A stretch of DNA of 63,131 bases, counting the filler, from Pelomyxa schiedti (lineage: Eukaryota; Protista; Evosea): assembly GCA_020536535.1 (NCBI GenBank). It is 6 parts of 6 records of this genome, joined end to end, with 100 filler letters (N's around TTAATTAATTAA, not from the genome) between each part and the next. Parts side by side here need not be neighbours in the genome. Positions count along the whole stretch, not along the records: positions 40,043 to 45,038 come from JAHLWZ010001536.1; positions 45,139 to 60,756 come from JAHLWZ010001154.1; 4 more parts are not named here. The stretch is one strand, 5' to 3'. How positions within the stretch are numbered: position 1 is the stretch's first letter; the number at the start of each line of letters is the position of its first letter. The position numbers were made by a program, and so were the translations under genes. This document shows positions 40,060 through 52,900 of this stretch, one piece after another. Under the pieces are notes generated by a model. It was not told the origin of the DNA. It was given only the letters and a program-made list of their open reading frames with translations, and did no database searches.

Positions 40060-43000
40060 TTATGACTTGGTGGTCTTCTTGGAATGGTGGTGGTGTCTTC
40101 TCGTTGCAGAGGTGGATTCTTTGTGTTCTGGTTCTGGTTCTGGGTCAGGTTTTGGGGCTGGGGGGGGAAGAAAGGAAACAACTCGCTTGAATAGCTTCCA
40201 ATGTGCACTTTTGTTCATCGAGCTGGGCTCGAATAGCCTTCAACTCCGTGTTGAGACTCTGGCGTAGATCCGCAATTGCATCCAACACCTCTGTACGTCT
40301 GCAGTTAAACACAAGCAGCAACACAGAGTGGCAGTCAAAGCTAACCGTGATCAGCCATCAAATTGTCTTTTTGAAAAGGAAAAAAAGAAAGGAAAACATC
40401 GAATGTTTTAATCTTTCGGAAAACGGTTTCCCATCGGGCAAGTGGTGCTGATGTGAGGAATTGTTACCCTCGGTGCCGCTTTGGCGCCGGGGAACCCTTT
40501 TTGTGTGGTGTTGAGGCTGAGACTGAGGCTGGTGATGTGGGTTTCCTTTTCCTAGAAACCACCACTGTTGTGGGTCCACCTGATTCGGAATCGGCAAAGT
40601 CCGCGCTTCCTTGCCTGAGTTCTTCCAGAGCTTGCATTTTGGCCTTGAGCTTCTTGGAGGGGGCCTTCCCGGTGGCTCGATTTTCCTGGAGTTTTCAAGG
40701 GTATTAGGGGAGATTTTCGTGCTGTTTGGGGGTGCTATTGGTTTTTTTGTGGTTACAACCTTTGTAGATTTGGTGACACCTTCTTCCAGAAGTCTGGCAA
40801 ATTCATCAGCATCAACAAAGGACTTGGAGACTAATCACAAAGTCAGGTTAAAATACTCAGGAGCAGTGACGTTGTTATGTACGCAGAAAAGAAAAAAAAA
40901 AAGAACCGAACCTGGTGTTTTATCTTCATCATCAATTTCGTCAAGTTCGTCGGAGTCAATGTCATCAAAAACGTGATCCAGGGGGTTCCCTTTTCCATCT
41001 TCTTCATCCTCCTCATCAAAGTCACCCTCTTCGAGACCTTCTTCGTCTTCTTCGGGTTCTTCTTCACCAATTTCAGTTGCATCGAGCTCTCCCTTTTCTT
41101 TCTTAGCTTTGGTGGGTTTTTTGCCTTTGTCATCTTTTTTACTGCTCCTTTGTGTCAACGGTTTCCTGGCCGTTTTTATAGCATAGAACTCCTCAAAGAA
41201 TTTCTTCGAATGTTTGTTACAATACTTCACATAGGTGGGGAAATTACCTCGTCAGTGTTTGTTGACTTTGGAGTTCTAAGTGCCATATTAGAGGTACCAG
41301 GAACGGCAGTGCGGCCTTTGGCAGCTTCCAGTGCTTTTTTCTTTGGATTTTTTGAACTGATGTGCAGGACAAAGTTAGTGGTTTTGAGCTTATCCAATAA
41401 ATACACACGAAAATTTGTCTAAGAAGCTCATCAAGCTAAAATCAATCAATGGATTTCCCTGGTAAGTAAACGGTTCTTGATCTAATAGTAGCGAAGCAAA
41501 CTTCGATGCACTGGGATGGAAATGTGTGCGGATATAAAACTACAGAATGCGGTTAGTTCCTTGAAGTAACGGGAACTTGATACCAAAGACCACAACAGTG
41601 TATTCTCAGCATGACAATAGAGAGGATTTCTCTTCTTGAAATCATATTCTTCTTCTGTTTGAAGCCATTCAGACATGGAATAAATCTAAAGGTGGCACCT
41701 GTAACTTTGGACGGTTCTGTCATTTTTGTGTAGACAGCTCGTTTCACTCTGAAAACCTGTAAACTTTTCTCTAAATAAACATGGAGAAGAGGGGGAATAT
41801 CACCTCACGCAAAAGCATTAAAAATCCAGCGATCAATGGAGTTTTTGCATAAAGGGATATCTTTTGAACAAGTGAGTTTGTGTACCCACATTATTACAAC
41901 AACCTGCAAAATTCTTTGAACAAAAGCACATACACGGGCATCAGATTCATCTTCTTTCATTGATCTATTGCAAGGACTGGTGAGGATAATAAATCAGTTA
42001 TTTGATAAAACCTAAGTAGGAGTTGCAAAAAAAGGCCAATCTTGGAAGCCTGTAGCATGTCAAAGGCTTGTAATCGAGAGTACAGAACACAATAGTAACG
42101 GTCCATGTTCTCCTGGGATAGGGTGAACTTGTTTTCATTTTGCGAAGTACGGAACATGGTGAGTTGTCTGCAGCTGATGTATTAAATACAAAGCTTGTAT
42201 AGACTTGTGGAACGACGTAGTGTTCGCCAGTCTGAACAAGACATCAACATGCTCACGCAACCTGACCCGAGTTGGCTCAAATCTTAAAGTGTAATTACCT
42301 CTCAGTGTTGCAAAGGGGTAGTACATTTCGTATACCCCTCAAAATACAGGTAAGCATTTTAGTTTTCATTCCAGCGTCTGAAGTAGCAGCACTATACCAA
42401 AGTAAGTCAGGAAAAAATGTCAATAGATTGACCTGAAGAATGAACAAAAAATGTCAAGTAGCTTATTGGCAAGGAATTCTTCATCAAGTTCAAGTGGAAC
42501 TTGAGACAGGAATACAAAACAATAAACTCTACAATGAGTTAAAACAGAAAACCTGAAAAAAGGAATTACTGTGATTGAGGTGTAACATTCTTCCTAAAAA
42601 CGAACTGCTCGACTTCGCACACTAAAAGATCTTTCGTTGCTGGGTTTTTTTTCACAATCCTGAGCAGTTGCTTGACTACATGGCCGCAAACTCGTTTAGA
42701 TAGATCTCCCTTAATCACAAAGGTTAAGGAAAAAAGAGTAAGGCTTGGGAATAAAAAGGAACAACATACCAACTTGTTGACCATCATTGCCACTAATGCT
42801 GGCTCTTGGAAGGGATGACTAGACAGAATAGAGTAGGCAGATCTTATCACAAATGCCTTGGGATAATTTGTCATGAAATTTAGGGACAAAGTTACAAAAT
42901 AACCTTATGAGAGGCAACATTATCCTTAGAACCTGCCTGAAAAGTAGAATTTTAGAATACCTAACCAAGGACAAAAAGGAGGCAACCTCCAAAGCAGAAA

Positions 43001-44483
43001 TGAACATTCTGAGGGCTCTCTTCACTTTATCTTCGAAGAACCAGTACATCAAATGGTTATCTGTGACTTGTTCACCTGATAACTTGTGCTCATGGAAAAA
43101 TCTGTACTAAAATAGTCAGACAGAATTATGACTTGGGACAGTTCCACCTTAGAGGAAATGGCGGAGTTAAGGTGTGGACAAACAAGTCACTAACAGCATT
43201 TATTGATACTCTTGCCTCCACCCTCCCCTTTTTTGATGTCATAGCAACAATCTGTTCAAGCTCCGATATTCTTTTTACTGGAAGTTAAATGAAGGAAGCA
43301 TTGCGTGATATCATTACCGAAAAATGGGAGTCTGTTGTACAAGTAATGCCAGAGCACTAACCTTGTCAGCTCTAGTTGCATCCTTACTCAGGAGGGACTG
43401 GAGCCATCTAGTGTCACCACTTCTCCGTAGTTCTTTTGTAAAAACAAAACAAAACAAAAAAAAAAAGATTTAATATATAAATGCCTCATCCATAACAAAA
43501 ATGGAAGGAAGGGTACCTTTCTCAGACTGTATTCTCCCTTCATCCAAAGCCTTGGTGGCACGTTCCGCGCACTTTCTCAGGAACTCCTGGTCCAACATGC
43601 CAGACTCAGTTTCATTTCCCTGGGAGATACTCTCCCGAGCCCTCGTAGGTGGTGCAGTGCCGGAGTCATCATCCTCATCCCCATCACCGTCGCCATCACC
43701 AGATGTGGATGCATTAGTATCAACAGAGGACCACAAATCCGACGCCGTTGGGAATCGTTCCTCCGACCTCTCGCTCGCGTCGGGTGCGTCATCCCACCAG
43801 TGCCTTACATTGGCCGAGGCTCCTTCGGCGTCCTCGGCGTCGCCCGGCCCGCCTCCCACAATGGAGTCAAAGTCGATCTGCGTCTCTCGCTTGTCATCCC
43901 CCGCCGCTCCAGTCTTTTTTACTGGCATCTTTTGGCCCCTCACAGGCCCAGCCTCTCCTTCTTCTTCGTCGTCGTCAGAATCTGACTTTGTGCGGAAGGC
44001 GGCGTCGTACTCGGGGTCCAAATCGTCGTCGTCGCTACCGCTGTCACTGTCATCGTCGTCTGAGGTGTCTGTTGCGATGTCGTCGTCTGCCTCGTGGTCG
44101 TGGCCGTAATCAAAAGACTTATGGGACAAGGCCTTCCCCGTGGTTTCGTCTTCTTCGACCTCACCGTCAGAAGAGTCATCCCCCAATTCGGTTTTGCCTT
44201 TGCCTAACGACTTGTTGGGTGCTGGTTTTTTTGTTGGCTTCGACTGTGGTGGTGATTGTTTGAGGGTCGCTGGCGAGGCATGAGGCGAGGACTTGGGAGA
44301 CTGAGGTTTGGTGAGAGTTGGCTTTTGGCCTGGAAGCGGTTTAGGTTTCGGGGCCGGTTTGGGTGAGCTTGGTGCGGTGGTGGTTTTGAGGGATTGAGGA
44401 CTGGGACGCGCAGTCTTCAACTTGGAGCCTGTGACTCCTTTCGTTGACGACGTCGACGATGTTGGTGATACGGCCTTGCGCAT
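40060..44483 (-). CDS. CEBPZ: CCAAT/enhancer-binding protein zeta / Noc1-Mak21 ribosome biogenesis factor
   Basis: TRADKVSALALLVQ, YWFFEDKVK, LVAMMVNKL, HVDVLFRL, DRYYCVLY, KRNPLYCHAENTLLW, acidic tract, FVDADEFA. Confidence 0.9.
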
Positions 44484-44738
44484 TGATTGCCTCCCAATTA
44501 ACTAAGCGCAACTGCAAATCTAAAGGCTCCCACCACTCATGAAGCAAGGACTTTCCAAGGCAGTCCACTCTGAGCTCGAAATCAGCCGCATTGTTGACAC
44601 GTGGGTTCTCTCAGGAGAGGCCAGAGGTCAATGTGTCGAGGTATTTCAGTAAAAATTTGTAAGATTGAGAGATTTCCGTTTAGAAGAAGCGTCCGAAGAA
44701 TTTACGGGTGGGAGTATCGGAGTGCACTAAACGCGGGG

Positions 44739-44921
44739 ATGAAGTACCCCAGATCTCCACGGTCTTGTTGTTTGTGCCATGCGGTCTTAGTAATGTTATT
44801 ATTGCACGTTATGGCTGCACGTGCTACCGGAGTGACATCTTCCGAGATCTCTGCGGGGTCTGGGGCTCTGTCAAACGCCTCCTCTTTTTCCTCATATGAC
44901 AGTCTTGAAGGCTTTCAGGAG
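44739..44921 (+). CDS. First exon of a putative secreted protein (truncated)
   Basis: MKYPRSPRSCCLCHAVLVMLLLHVMAARATG is a signal-like segment, followed by a GTATGG donor and a T-rich intron. Confidence 0.45.
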
Positions 44922-45645
44922 GTATGGTTTATTTGGTGCTATGGGTTTATTTTTTGTTTTGTTTTGTTGTATTTTCTTTTTCTTTCGTTGCTGGGTTTTT
45001 TTTCACAATCCTGAGCAGTTGCTTGACTACATGGCCGCNNNNNNNNNNNNNNNNNNNNNNNNNNNNNNNNNNNNNNNNNNNNTTAATTAATTAANNNNNN
45101 NNNNNNNNNNNNNNNNNNNNNNNNNNNNNNNNNNNNNNCGACTATGGGCTCAATTGTTGTGCGTTGGGTGGGTTGCTCTGCCGTACTCATCTTAGTCTAG
45201 AAGTACTGGTTGGGTGACGCAAAACAGGGGTTGGGAGTTTGGGAGTTCAGACACCAGCCAACCTACCCACCTGACCAACCCCTCTGTATCGTGTAAATAG
45301 TTCCGACAAAGTGGTGATCTGCCGAATAACATGAAGACAACAAGTTGTTCAGCCCTCAACATCCCTCACCCTGACCAGGTATCTTACAAGTTCCCACATC
45401 CAGCAGACCCAAATCAGACTCACATTGGCAAGAGTTCTATCAGCAGTCGCCGTCACATCTCCAGACACCGTTTAGAACTATTCTAATCGAAGATATTTTA
45501 TAACTCTAATTCAAGAAGAGTTTGAGGCAACTGGGGACTTGTCTCTCTACAGGTACAGGAGAGACCCCACTGTCCATACGCCGTTGAAAAGTGTTAGCCC
45601 TTTATTACTACCAAGAACAAGCACATTTTCCTTTTTTACAGAGCC

Positions 45646-46221
45646 TCATGGAAGGTAGGAAATAATAAAGTCACCCAGACCAGATACCCTCTGTATATTC
45701 ACTGTTCCGCTCACACTAACGGCACTCACTGGTGCCGAGACTAGCACCACTTGCACGTGTTTGCCAGAGAATGTTGGGTGCGCTTGTATCATTGCCGCCA
45801 CATTTGCTGCAGTGCAGTGACCACTGTCCAAAGTGAGAAGGCACTTTATGACCAGCTGTATTGCTGTGTGCTGCGCCCCTGGCGTGCCGTCGCGCACCTC
45901 AGTGACGTCAGCGTCAGCGAGGTTACTCCCACAAGATATTGCCTCTGGCGCCATCGTAATCCACCACTTGTCCCGATCGTTCTCCTTTTGAATGTTGCAG
46001 AACCCTGTAGAAGTAGAGGACACCGAAGTGATGGCTGCAGAGGACACAAGGACACGAACGTGGGCTGACGAGAGCGACGGGTGTGTGCACAGCATTCTCT
46101 TGAACGCGTCGGCCGTCTGTTCAGAGGAGTTCGAAGCAGTGAGGAAACTGCGCAGGGCTTGACGAATGGTGTGGTGGAGGTAACTAGGTGTGCCGTCTGT
46201 GACTTCAGTGACACCAGCCAT
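45646..46221 (-). CDS. Small protein with two tandem ~95-aa domains (possibly dynein light chain LC8-like fold)
   Basis: Internal duplication: VTEVTDGTP...THPSLSSAHVRVLV...NIQK versus VTEVRDGTP...AHPTFSGKHVQVVL...NIQR. Confidence 0.7.
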   Translation of the reverse strand: MAGVTEVTDGTPSYLHHTIRQALRSFLTASNSSEQTADAFKRMLCTHPSLSSAHVRVLVSSAAITSVSSTSTGFCNIQKENDRDKWWITMAPEAISCGSNLADADVTEVRDGTPGAQHTAIQLVIKCLLTLDSGHCTAANVAAMIQAHPTFSGKHVQVVLVSAPVSAVSVSGTVNIQRVSGLGDFIISYLP

Positions 46222-46399
46222 GGTAAACACTTGTCGGTCTGACTTTGTGGCCAAGTGGCTGAATAAAATAATCAACAGACCTGAACGCTGTCATTTTCAT
46301 TACTGGTTTTTTTTATTCCGCCAAGTTGCTTGATGGTGATGGAAATTCCGTGTTGTACAATCACCTTCATACGAAAACTAAAAATAAAGCTAATTATTA

Positions 46400-47746
46400 A
46401 TGACAGAAGCCACGCCGTATCAACAGCCCCAGCCCAAAAAGGCACGCAAGGGCCCCCAAATCGACCGCCAGTCAAACAAGCTAAACGTGTCACCTCTGAG
46501 GTGCCTTCGCGCCCGAGACCAATTCGCGGCCCTTATGATGCTTACTCACCCACGTTGCTGTGCTGGTGCCGGTGCTAACGCTGTCGCTCGTGATCTCGCT
46601 TTCTGTTGCAGAGCAGGCGGGGGCGTCGGCTTCGCGTGCAGGCTTGTGTGGGACCACTGCCACGACAGCGGAGCCACGAGGCTGTTCTGCCTGTCATTCG
46701 CGGGGAAAATGGTGCCGGCGTCCGCTGTTGTTACGTTCGCGGCGTCGCCTCTGCTGTGCTCACTTACAAGCGAGGCCGAGGTCTGGCTGTGCGGCACGGT
46801 GATGCGGTCGCTGTACGCCGTGAATGCAAGGAACATGGTGACGAAGTCTGTCAACAAAACGCCGCCGGCGTACCACCTGCGCGGAATTGGTGATGAAGAT
46901 ACTAGGGAGCGGTGCTTGGTGGACGGCGCCTATGAAAAGAAGTGCTCCTGCAATGGAAAGTGGTTCGTTTGCTGCCCGAAATGGGAGCCGCGTTCTCTGG
47001 TGATTTCTAATATCTGGGAAAACATCCAACAAGGAAGAAGAGTCACGTGTGAGGTTACGTTTCCGAAAATCACTGGGGACTGGCGCTGCGGTTTTTTTTG
47101 CAACCAGTTTGAACCTGATGAAGGAATTTTATACATAGATCAGCATGAGCTTGCATTTGACCTTAAGGTGGTACAAATAGAGCAAACATGGACAACAAAA
47201 GAATTGAGAGTGGTGAGTTCAACTAGGCTTCCTCCTAGGAGTGCGTTTCCAGATAGAGTCAAAGATATCTTGATGCTTCAAAAGAAGAGCGGCAGTCGCG
47301 CTTTCATCATTATTTCGGCGTTAGCTTCAGGAGGACTCCAAATTTGCCAAGCCGAAGAGACTTCTACTTCGACAGAATTCATTTTACGCTCTAGCCTCGA
47401 CTGTGCTTGCATCACGCAGTTGAGCAACTCCCAATTTTGCGTTTGGGCCTCGCCACCACAGCGGGAACCACCCTATGGAGGAGTACTTGAAATCTGGGAT
47501 ATTAACAGCACTGACACTGGCCCACTGCGTTTGGTGACATGCCACGATAACTGCATTACTGCACATGCCCAAGGTGGCCTACTATTCAATGCAATGCGGT
47601 ACCCTCCACCATCAGGGACTGGCTCTGGCGTATATCTTGCTCAAGTGGAGGTCACTGATCCCCACACAGGAACTGGTATCCTAACTCTATCGTATGACTA
47701 CTGGGCGAGTGTCAAGCCACTCTTCTCGTTGTTGCTTTCACCCTGA
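46400..47746 (+). CDS. Lineage-specific 'ARDQF' family protein (probable beta-propeller-like C-terminus)
   Basis: Intronless 448-aa ORF with LRARDQFAALMMLTHPRC...LVWD...AASPLL...CNGKWFV. Same family as 11492-12665. Confidence 0.8.
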   Translation: MTEATPYQQPQPKKARKGPQIDRQSNKLNVSPLRCLRARDQFAALMMLTHPRCCAGAGANAVARDLAFCCRAGGGVGFACRLVWDHCHDSGATRLFCLSFAGKMVPASAVVTFAASPLLCSLTSEAEVWLCGTVMRSLYAVNARNMVTKSVNKTPPAYHLRGIGDEDTRERCLVDGAYEKKCSCNGKWFVCCPKWEPRSLVISNIWENIQQGRRVTCEVTFPKITGDWRCGFFCNQFEPDEGILYIDQHELAFDLKVVQIEQTWTTKELRVVSSTRLPPRSAFPDRVKDILMLQKKSGSRAFIIISALASGGLQICQAEETSTSTEFILRSSLDCACITQLSNSQFCVWASPPQREPPYGGVLEIWDINSTDTGPLRLVTCHDNCITAHAQGGLLFNAMRYPPPSGTGSGVYLAQVEVTDPHTGTGILTLSYDYWASVKPLFSLLLSP

Positions 47747-47864
47747 AAGGCCAACCTTGACCCACCAATCGATTTCTTGCATAGTTTTCTCAACAAACAC
47801 TCTCTTTTGAAAACTGTTTTTCGTAGAATTGCGATCACTCAATTGAACCGTTGAGTGTTATGCG

Positions 47865-49773
47865 ATGGTGAAGGTTTCGAGTGGGTTCGTGAGCAACAGC
47901 TCGAGCACGAGCTACACGGTGCTGATTCCGCCCGACATGCACCAAAAGGTGACAGTGGCCACTATACGCCGCGCGTGGGCAAAGGCGTGTCCCAAGAGGC
48001 CACCCCCGGAGCCCAAGCACATCCTTAGGGTTCTAATTCTCCTTCAATCCCCTTTTCGAGCACTGGGCACGCTTTCTTTCTTTATGAATAATAGCGATAA
48101 CAATCTATTCTGTTTGAAAGCTTTTTACTTGCTACTTGAAAGTAAAATGGAAAAAGGGTAATAATGCGTTCCTAATAACATTAAAAGTATTCGCTTGTAG
48201 GAATATTCCTGGATGCTTCCTTTAGCGCTCTTGTCCTTATGTCACCATAGGTCAGAAGAGGTTTGCAAATTATAGCTTCCGGAGATACATATGACGGGTC
48301 TGGCTATATGTTCAATGTTATTTTGCAATTAGTATCTAAGTACATGCTATCTACACAGGACACCCATAATGTATGACAAAGGAATATCTGCATAGACATA
48401 ACAAAAACAGGGATCTGATGATAACTCAATTGCGGGCGTTACCAAAGAACGTGCCCTCCAGTTATTGAACCTTCCAGATTTAAGGAAGGCCCACCTGAGG
48501 ACTCCCCCACCTCCTCTCTATGACCGGTTCTTTCAAGAAACTTTCAGTGAAACTCCACCCTGGACAGAAGACGACGCCGTTCCTGTTCTTACACCCGCAA
48601 AACGACCCCGAGTCTCCAGAACCACTGGCCGGACACCCGCAGCGAGAGCCGCTGCAGCTGCCACTGCCACTTCAAATACCACAACAACGAGCTGCAGTTG
48701 CACCACACCCACTTCGGCTCCAACCCAGCCACAACACTCAGAACCAACCCCAACCCCAACACACAGCACAACAAGTTCCACAACCAATTCCGCGACAAGT
48801 TCCACAACCAAGTCCGCAAGCAATACCACAAGTCCCAGTAAAGCCCCGTAATCCAAGGTATCCTTTTTTGAAGAAAGAAACATGTTCGGGTAACCATCAA
48901 ATTCGATCATCTTTTGCGTATCAACTCACAATGTTCCAGCGTAACATGGTGACGAGCGAGCTGGAGATTGAGCGCCAACGACAACGGCGAGAGGCACGCG
49001 GGCCTCGGCGCGACCGGCTGGCCGAGGCCACGGCGGCGGACTGGGGCATGTGCAAGGACGCGGACAAGTCGTGCTACACGGTCGTGGTCCCCGGCCTGAT
49101 GCCGTGGGAGGTGACGACCGAGAACATTGAGGCCAAGTGGAAGGCCCATGGGGGTCCCATGGGAAAAGGCGGCCGGCTGCAGAAGAAGTACGACCAGTTG
49201 GTATTTATTTCGACTTTGCCTGACTCTCCCTCTCCCCTCAACGCACATTGTGGGATTGTTTGGGTACAATTTGTATCTACAGTATTTGGTTAGTATAATC
49301 AGTATTAGTGCTGCTTTTCCCGTATTTCGGAGGGTCACTGTATCGTTCTAACTTAAATTTTGTGTTCTTCTGTTTCAGGTGCGACGGGAATTACAAACAT
49401 TTGCCTCGGGTAGAAATATGTTCCGATGTGACGAGAACTCTTTTATTTTTTCTGTAATCCTAGATTTGGTTGAACCTTACCTTCTGACTACTACCGATCT
49501 AGGAATGCTGGTTACACCCGCTTTTGTTCTTTATCAAAATTCCTCACGGAAACCCTATAGGAAAGTTTTGACTATCTAGTAAACGTGCCAAAAGAACGAC
49601 TCGTTAGGGTACTGAATATGCCGGCTGTGGTAAAATCAACTGCTCCCGCACCACCAAAGATCAATTGGAGAGAGGAACCAGTGGAAGAGGATGACTCGGA
49701 CGACAATGAGGACGATGAAGAAGAAGAAGATGATTGGAATGTGGAGGGCGGCCCGTGGGACTCTGATGAATAG
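47865..49773 (+). CDS. Hypothetical multi-exon protein with an N-terminal GFVSNSSS motif
   Basis: MVKVSSGFVSNSSSTSYTVLIP..., a T/S-rich linker, a second similar module SCYTVVVPG...VTTENIEAKW, and an acidic tail ending WDSDE*. Internal exon structure is uncertain. Confidence 0.55.
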
Positions 49774-49903
49774 GCCCAAGTATTTGTAAAGAAATTGGAC
49801 ATTTGTGCCACATGTGAAAATAAGATGGAATAACAAATGAATACTTCATTTTCTATTCAACTACGATTATGTTAAATTGTTGCGTTATTAACAAAGACGG
49901 CAC

Positions 49904-52900
49904 TCAATCCTTTGTTTTTGCCATCAACTCGTTGTGGCATTGGCCTGCCAACTGTAGTGATGCCTTGACTATTCTCTGGAGGGTGGGCACATCAAAGCTA
50001 GCCGGGTCAGAGCACTGTATACTCATAAGCTGCCCAGTGCAAGTGAGCCACTTGGTAACAACCGCTTGTGTGTTGGAAGCACCGCCCGGTGTTTCTTCAT
50101 TGAGGTCAACTTCCGCTAGCTGAGTGGGTGGTGGGCTGTTGTGGATTGGCTTGGAATTAGAGTTGTTTTGTGCCCGTGGTGTTTGGGGTGTACTTGGTGT
50201 TTTCCTTGCGGTTGTTCCTGGTGATTCTGGTGCACGCAAGTTGAGTGCTGACACTTTGGGTTGGGAATTGGCTTCACTGCCGTTGTTGAGTGGGGCCGGT
50301 GCCGGTGTGTGTATTTCCGATGTTGTGTCATGTGGAAATTGTTGATTTGTTACTGTTGTGTGATTCGGTGGTTGCATTGCAATGGCTGCAGGACAGGCAG
50401 CGGTGTTTTCTGTAGGGTTCATCAACATGAACGCCTGTGATTCCATGCTGGGCAAGGCCTCAGGGATGCCGGAATGCTTAATTTCATGCATTTTTTCAAT
50501 TTGGCGGTCCGTGAGGATTGTGTCAGATGTGGGTATGTCGCGGACAGCAATGTATTCAGTCTGGGATTCCTGCACTGAATTGCGTGCACGTGAGGGTACG
50601 TGGGATTGGACAGTTGTGCTGTCGTCTTCCTTCTTCATCTTGAGGGTATTTACAATCGTTGTTGCAGTAGTTGTTGTGATGGGAGGGGATGATGATGCAA
50701 CCTTGAGATGGTGACGTGGGGCTGTTGTACTGACACTAGGCTTTTTATTTGCAGGTTCTACTGGCTCTGAGTCTTCCACATCAATTGCGTTTGGGACGTG
50801 TTTGTTTTCTTGCACTGCGGGTGGTACCGGAATTTTGAGAGGATCGGGTGAACCTGGGAAGAATGGAAGGGATAGGGAAATTTTGCCTTGAAGGGTTTGG
50901 AGAGTTGGCACAAGAGATGGAGGGTAAATGAGCGGTGGAGATGACTTGGGTGAAATATGTCCGAAAGTTTTGTTCCAAAATTGAACAGTCACGTTTTTCA
51001 TGTGTCTGTGCTTGCTATTCAATCCCACATTGATCAAAGATGCCAAGGAGCTGAGGTGCTCACTGGTGAACTCGCCCTCTTCGCAAAATTTGGTTGCCAA
51101 GTCCAGTATTTTGTCATGCAAGCTGAAAACTGTTTGTTTCACCAGCGACATGATGTCGTCACACTCCTTTGGGTAACATGAATTTTCAAGTAGTGCGGGT
51201 TGCGGCTTGGGGTCCTGGAACCACTGCACGAGCGCGGGGGAAAAATACTCCACACTTGTGACAGGGATTCTGCTGTCGAAGTGGGTGGTGTCTTGGTCAC
51301 AGAGCTTGTTGAGTGCAGTGATCAAGTCTAAAGCAGAATTGAGGACAATGAGAGGGAAATGTGAAAGAGGGCTGGGTGTCATCAGAGAAAAGCCGGATGG
51401 TTGTTGAGGAGGAGTGGCACTATGCTCCCGAAGCCATTTGTGAGTGCAATCTAGCAGTTTCTGAGAGAGCGCAATCACCTAATAACGAAGGAAACAAGAG
51501 TGAGGGCAGTTTTTAGTTTCTGGAGCACTATTACCGAGAAAACATCCAACACCCCCGGGTCCATCGTTTGTTGTCTTTTGCGCTTGTGTGATTGCACCTG
51601 CTCCCTGGGGGGTTGCTTCAGGTCTTTGTGACCCCAGTCGAGAGATGACACAATCTCTCGGACTGATATCGAACACAACGCAAGTATTTGTGAATTCGTG
51701 AGCACTTTTCCTGACTGTATGAGGATATCTGCAATTTTAAGTGCCAAAGTTCCCTGTTGCTTTGATGTTAGTTCCACTTCACAACCCTGTTCCCCTTCTT
51801 CCCCATATAGTAGAACTGAAACGAAGAAAAAGGAGGTATGACGTCATACGCATAAGTGGTTTGGATCCCCACTCTTCAGAACCGTCCACTTGTTAAAACT
51901 GCTGTATAACTGTTGCCACTTCTGTGAAGCAAAATCAATTGCCTTTGCGTCAAATGCGTCACCAGATTTTATCAAGATTCGAAGAGGCACAACAAGGGCA
52001 TTCATAATGGTACTCTCGACCTAATTATAATGACATTGATAAGTGTCATTAGTGCGGGGAAACCTACCAGAGGATCGAAATCCTTCACAAGGGAAACATC
52101 ACTTGGGTTTGAAATCGGCAATTGAATGTGATCCGCAAGAGCTGCCCAAAGATTGATTGCAAGGGACAAGGAGCCTCGAGAAATGGGGAAGCTTTGGGAC
52201 AGAAACGAGTCCACGTATTTGTCCAGCAAAAGTGAGAAGGGTTGCACTGCAGGTCTGAGTAGATCTAGGCACTTGAGCATAGATTCAAATACAAGGTGAT
52301 GAAGCTGCTGTTCGGCGTTACTTAGACGCGGGACGCAAGAAAGCCATAAAGTAGACAGATACAGAATCATTGGGGAGGTATCTGTGTTGACTTTGTTGTC
52401 AGGGATCTTAAACACTGCAAACAGTGCGTTTGTAACAAGTGATTTAGGCATCCTCTCCAAAAAGATTTTGATGTAATCGTATAGCATCTGCGTGAGCTCG
52501 CTTGAGTGAACCTCTTTTTGGTCTCCTATTGTGGGAAAAGAGTCTTTCTTTGGGCTCGCCGACAATAAAGATTCAACGTGTCCCACAAGAATTTTGATGC
52601 ACTTGATTTGTGACTCGAGTTGGCCTTGATCACCAAGCCCTTCTTCACTCAGCACATTCCCAATCCGGAAGAGCAGAGAATTCCATGTCTTGGGGAACGT
52701 CAGTTTGTTTCGTTTTAGCAATGTAACAATCACACTGACCGAAAGAAGAGGGTATCTGCAGCTCAAGTCTGATGAGCATACACAAAGCAGGTATTCAAGC
52801 ACTCCAATGACGTGAGGCAAGTGATCTGCAAGCCACTAGAAATGGTTTGTGAGAAGTGGAATCTCACATTGGTGGGGTGAGGTCTCACCGTGGAGTCTAG

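Noticed and set aside
44590-44640. Possible hairpin between divergent genes
   Set aside because: No recognisable tRNA, snRNA, snoRNA or SRP motifs; it would need an Infernal/Rfam scan.
44981-45038. 58-bp exact copy of 42630-42687 (CEBPZ exon)
   Set aside because: It sits at a contig end next to a T-rich tract, so it is most likely a chimeric read or misassembly.
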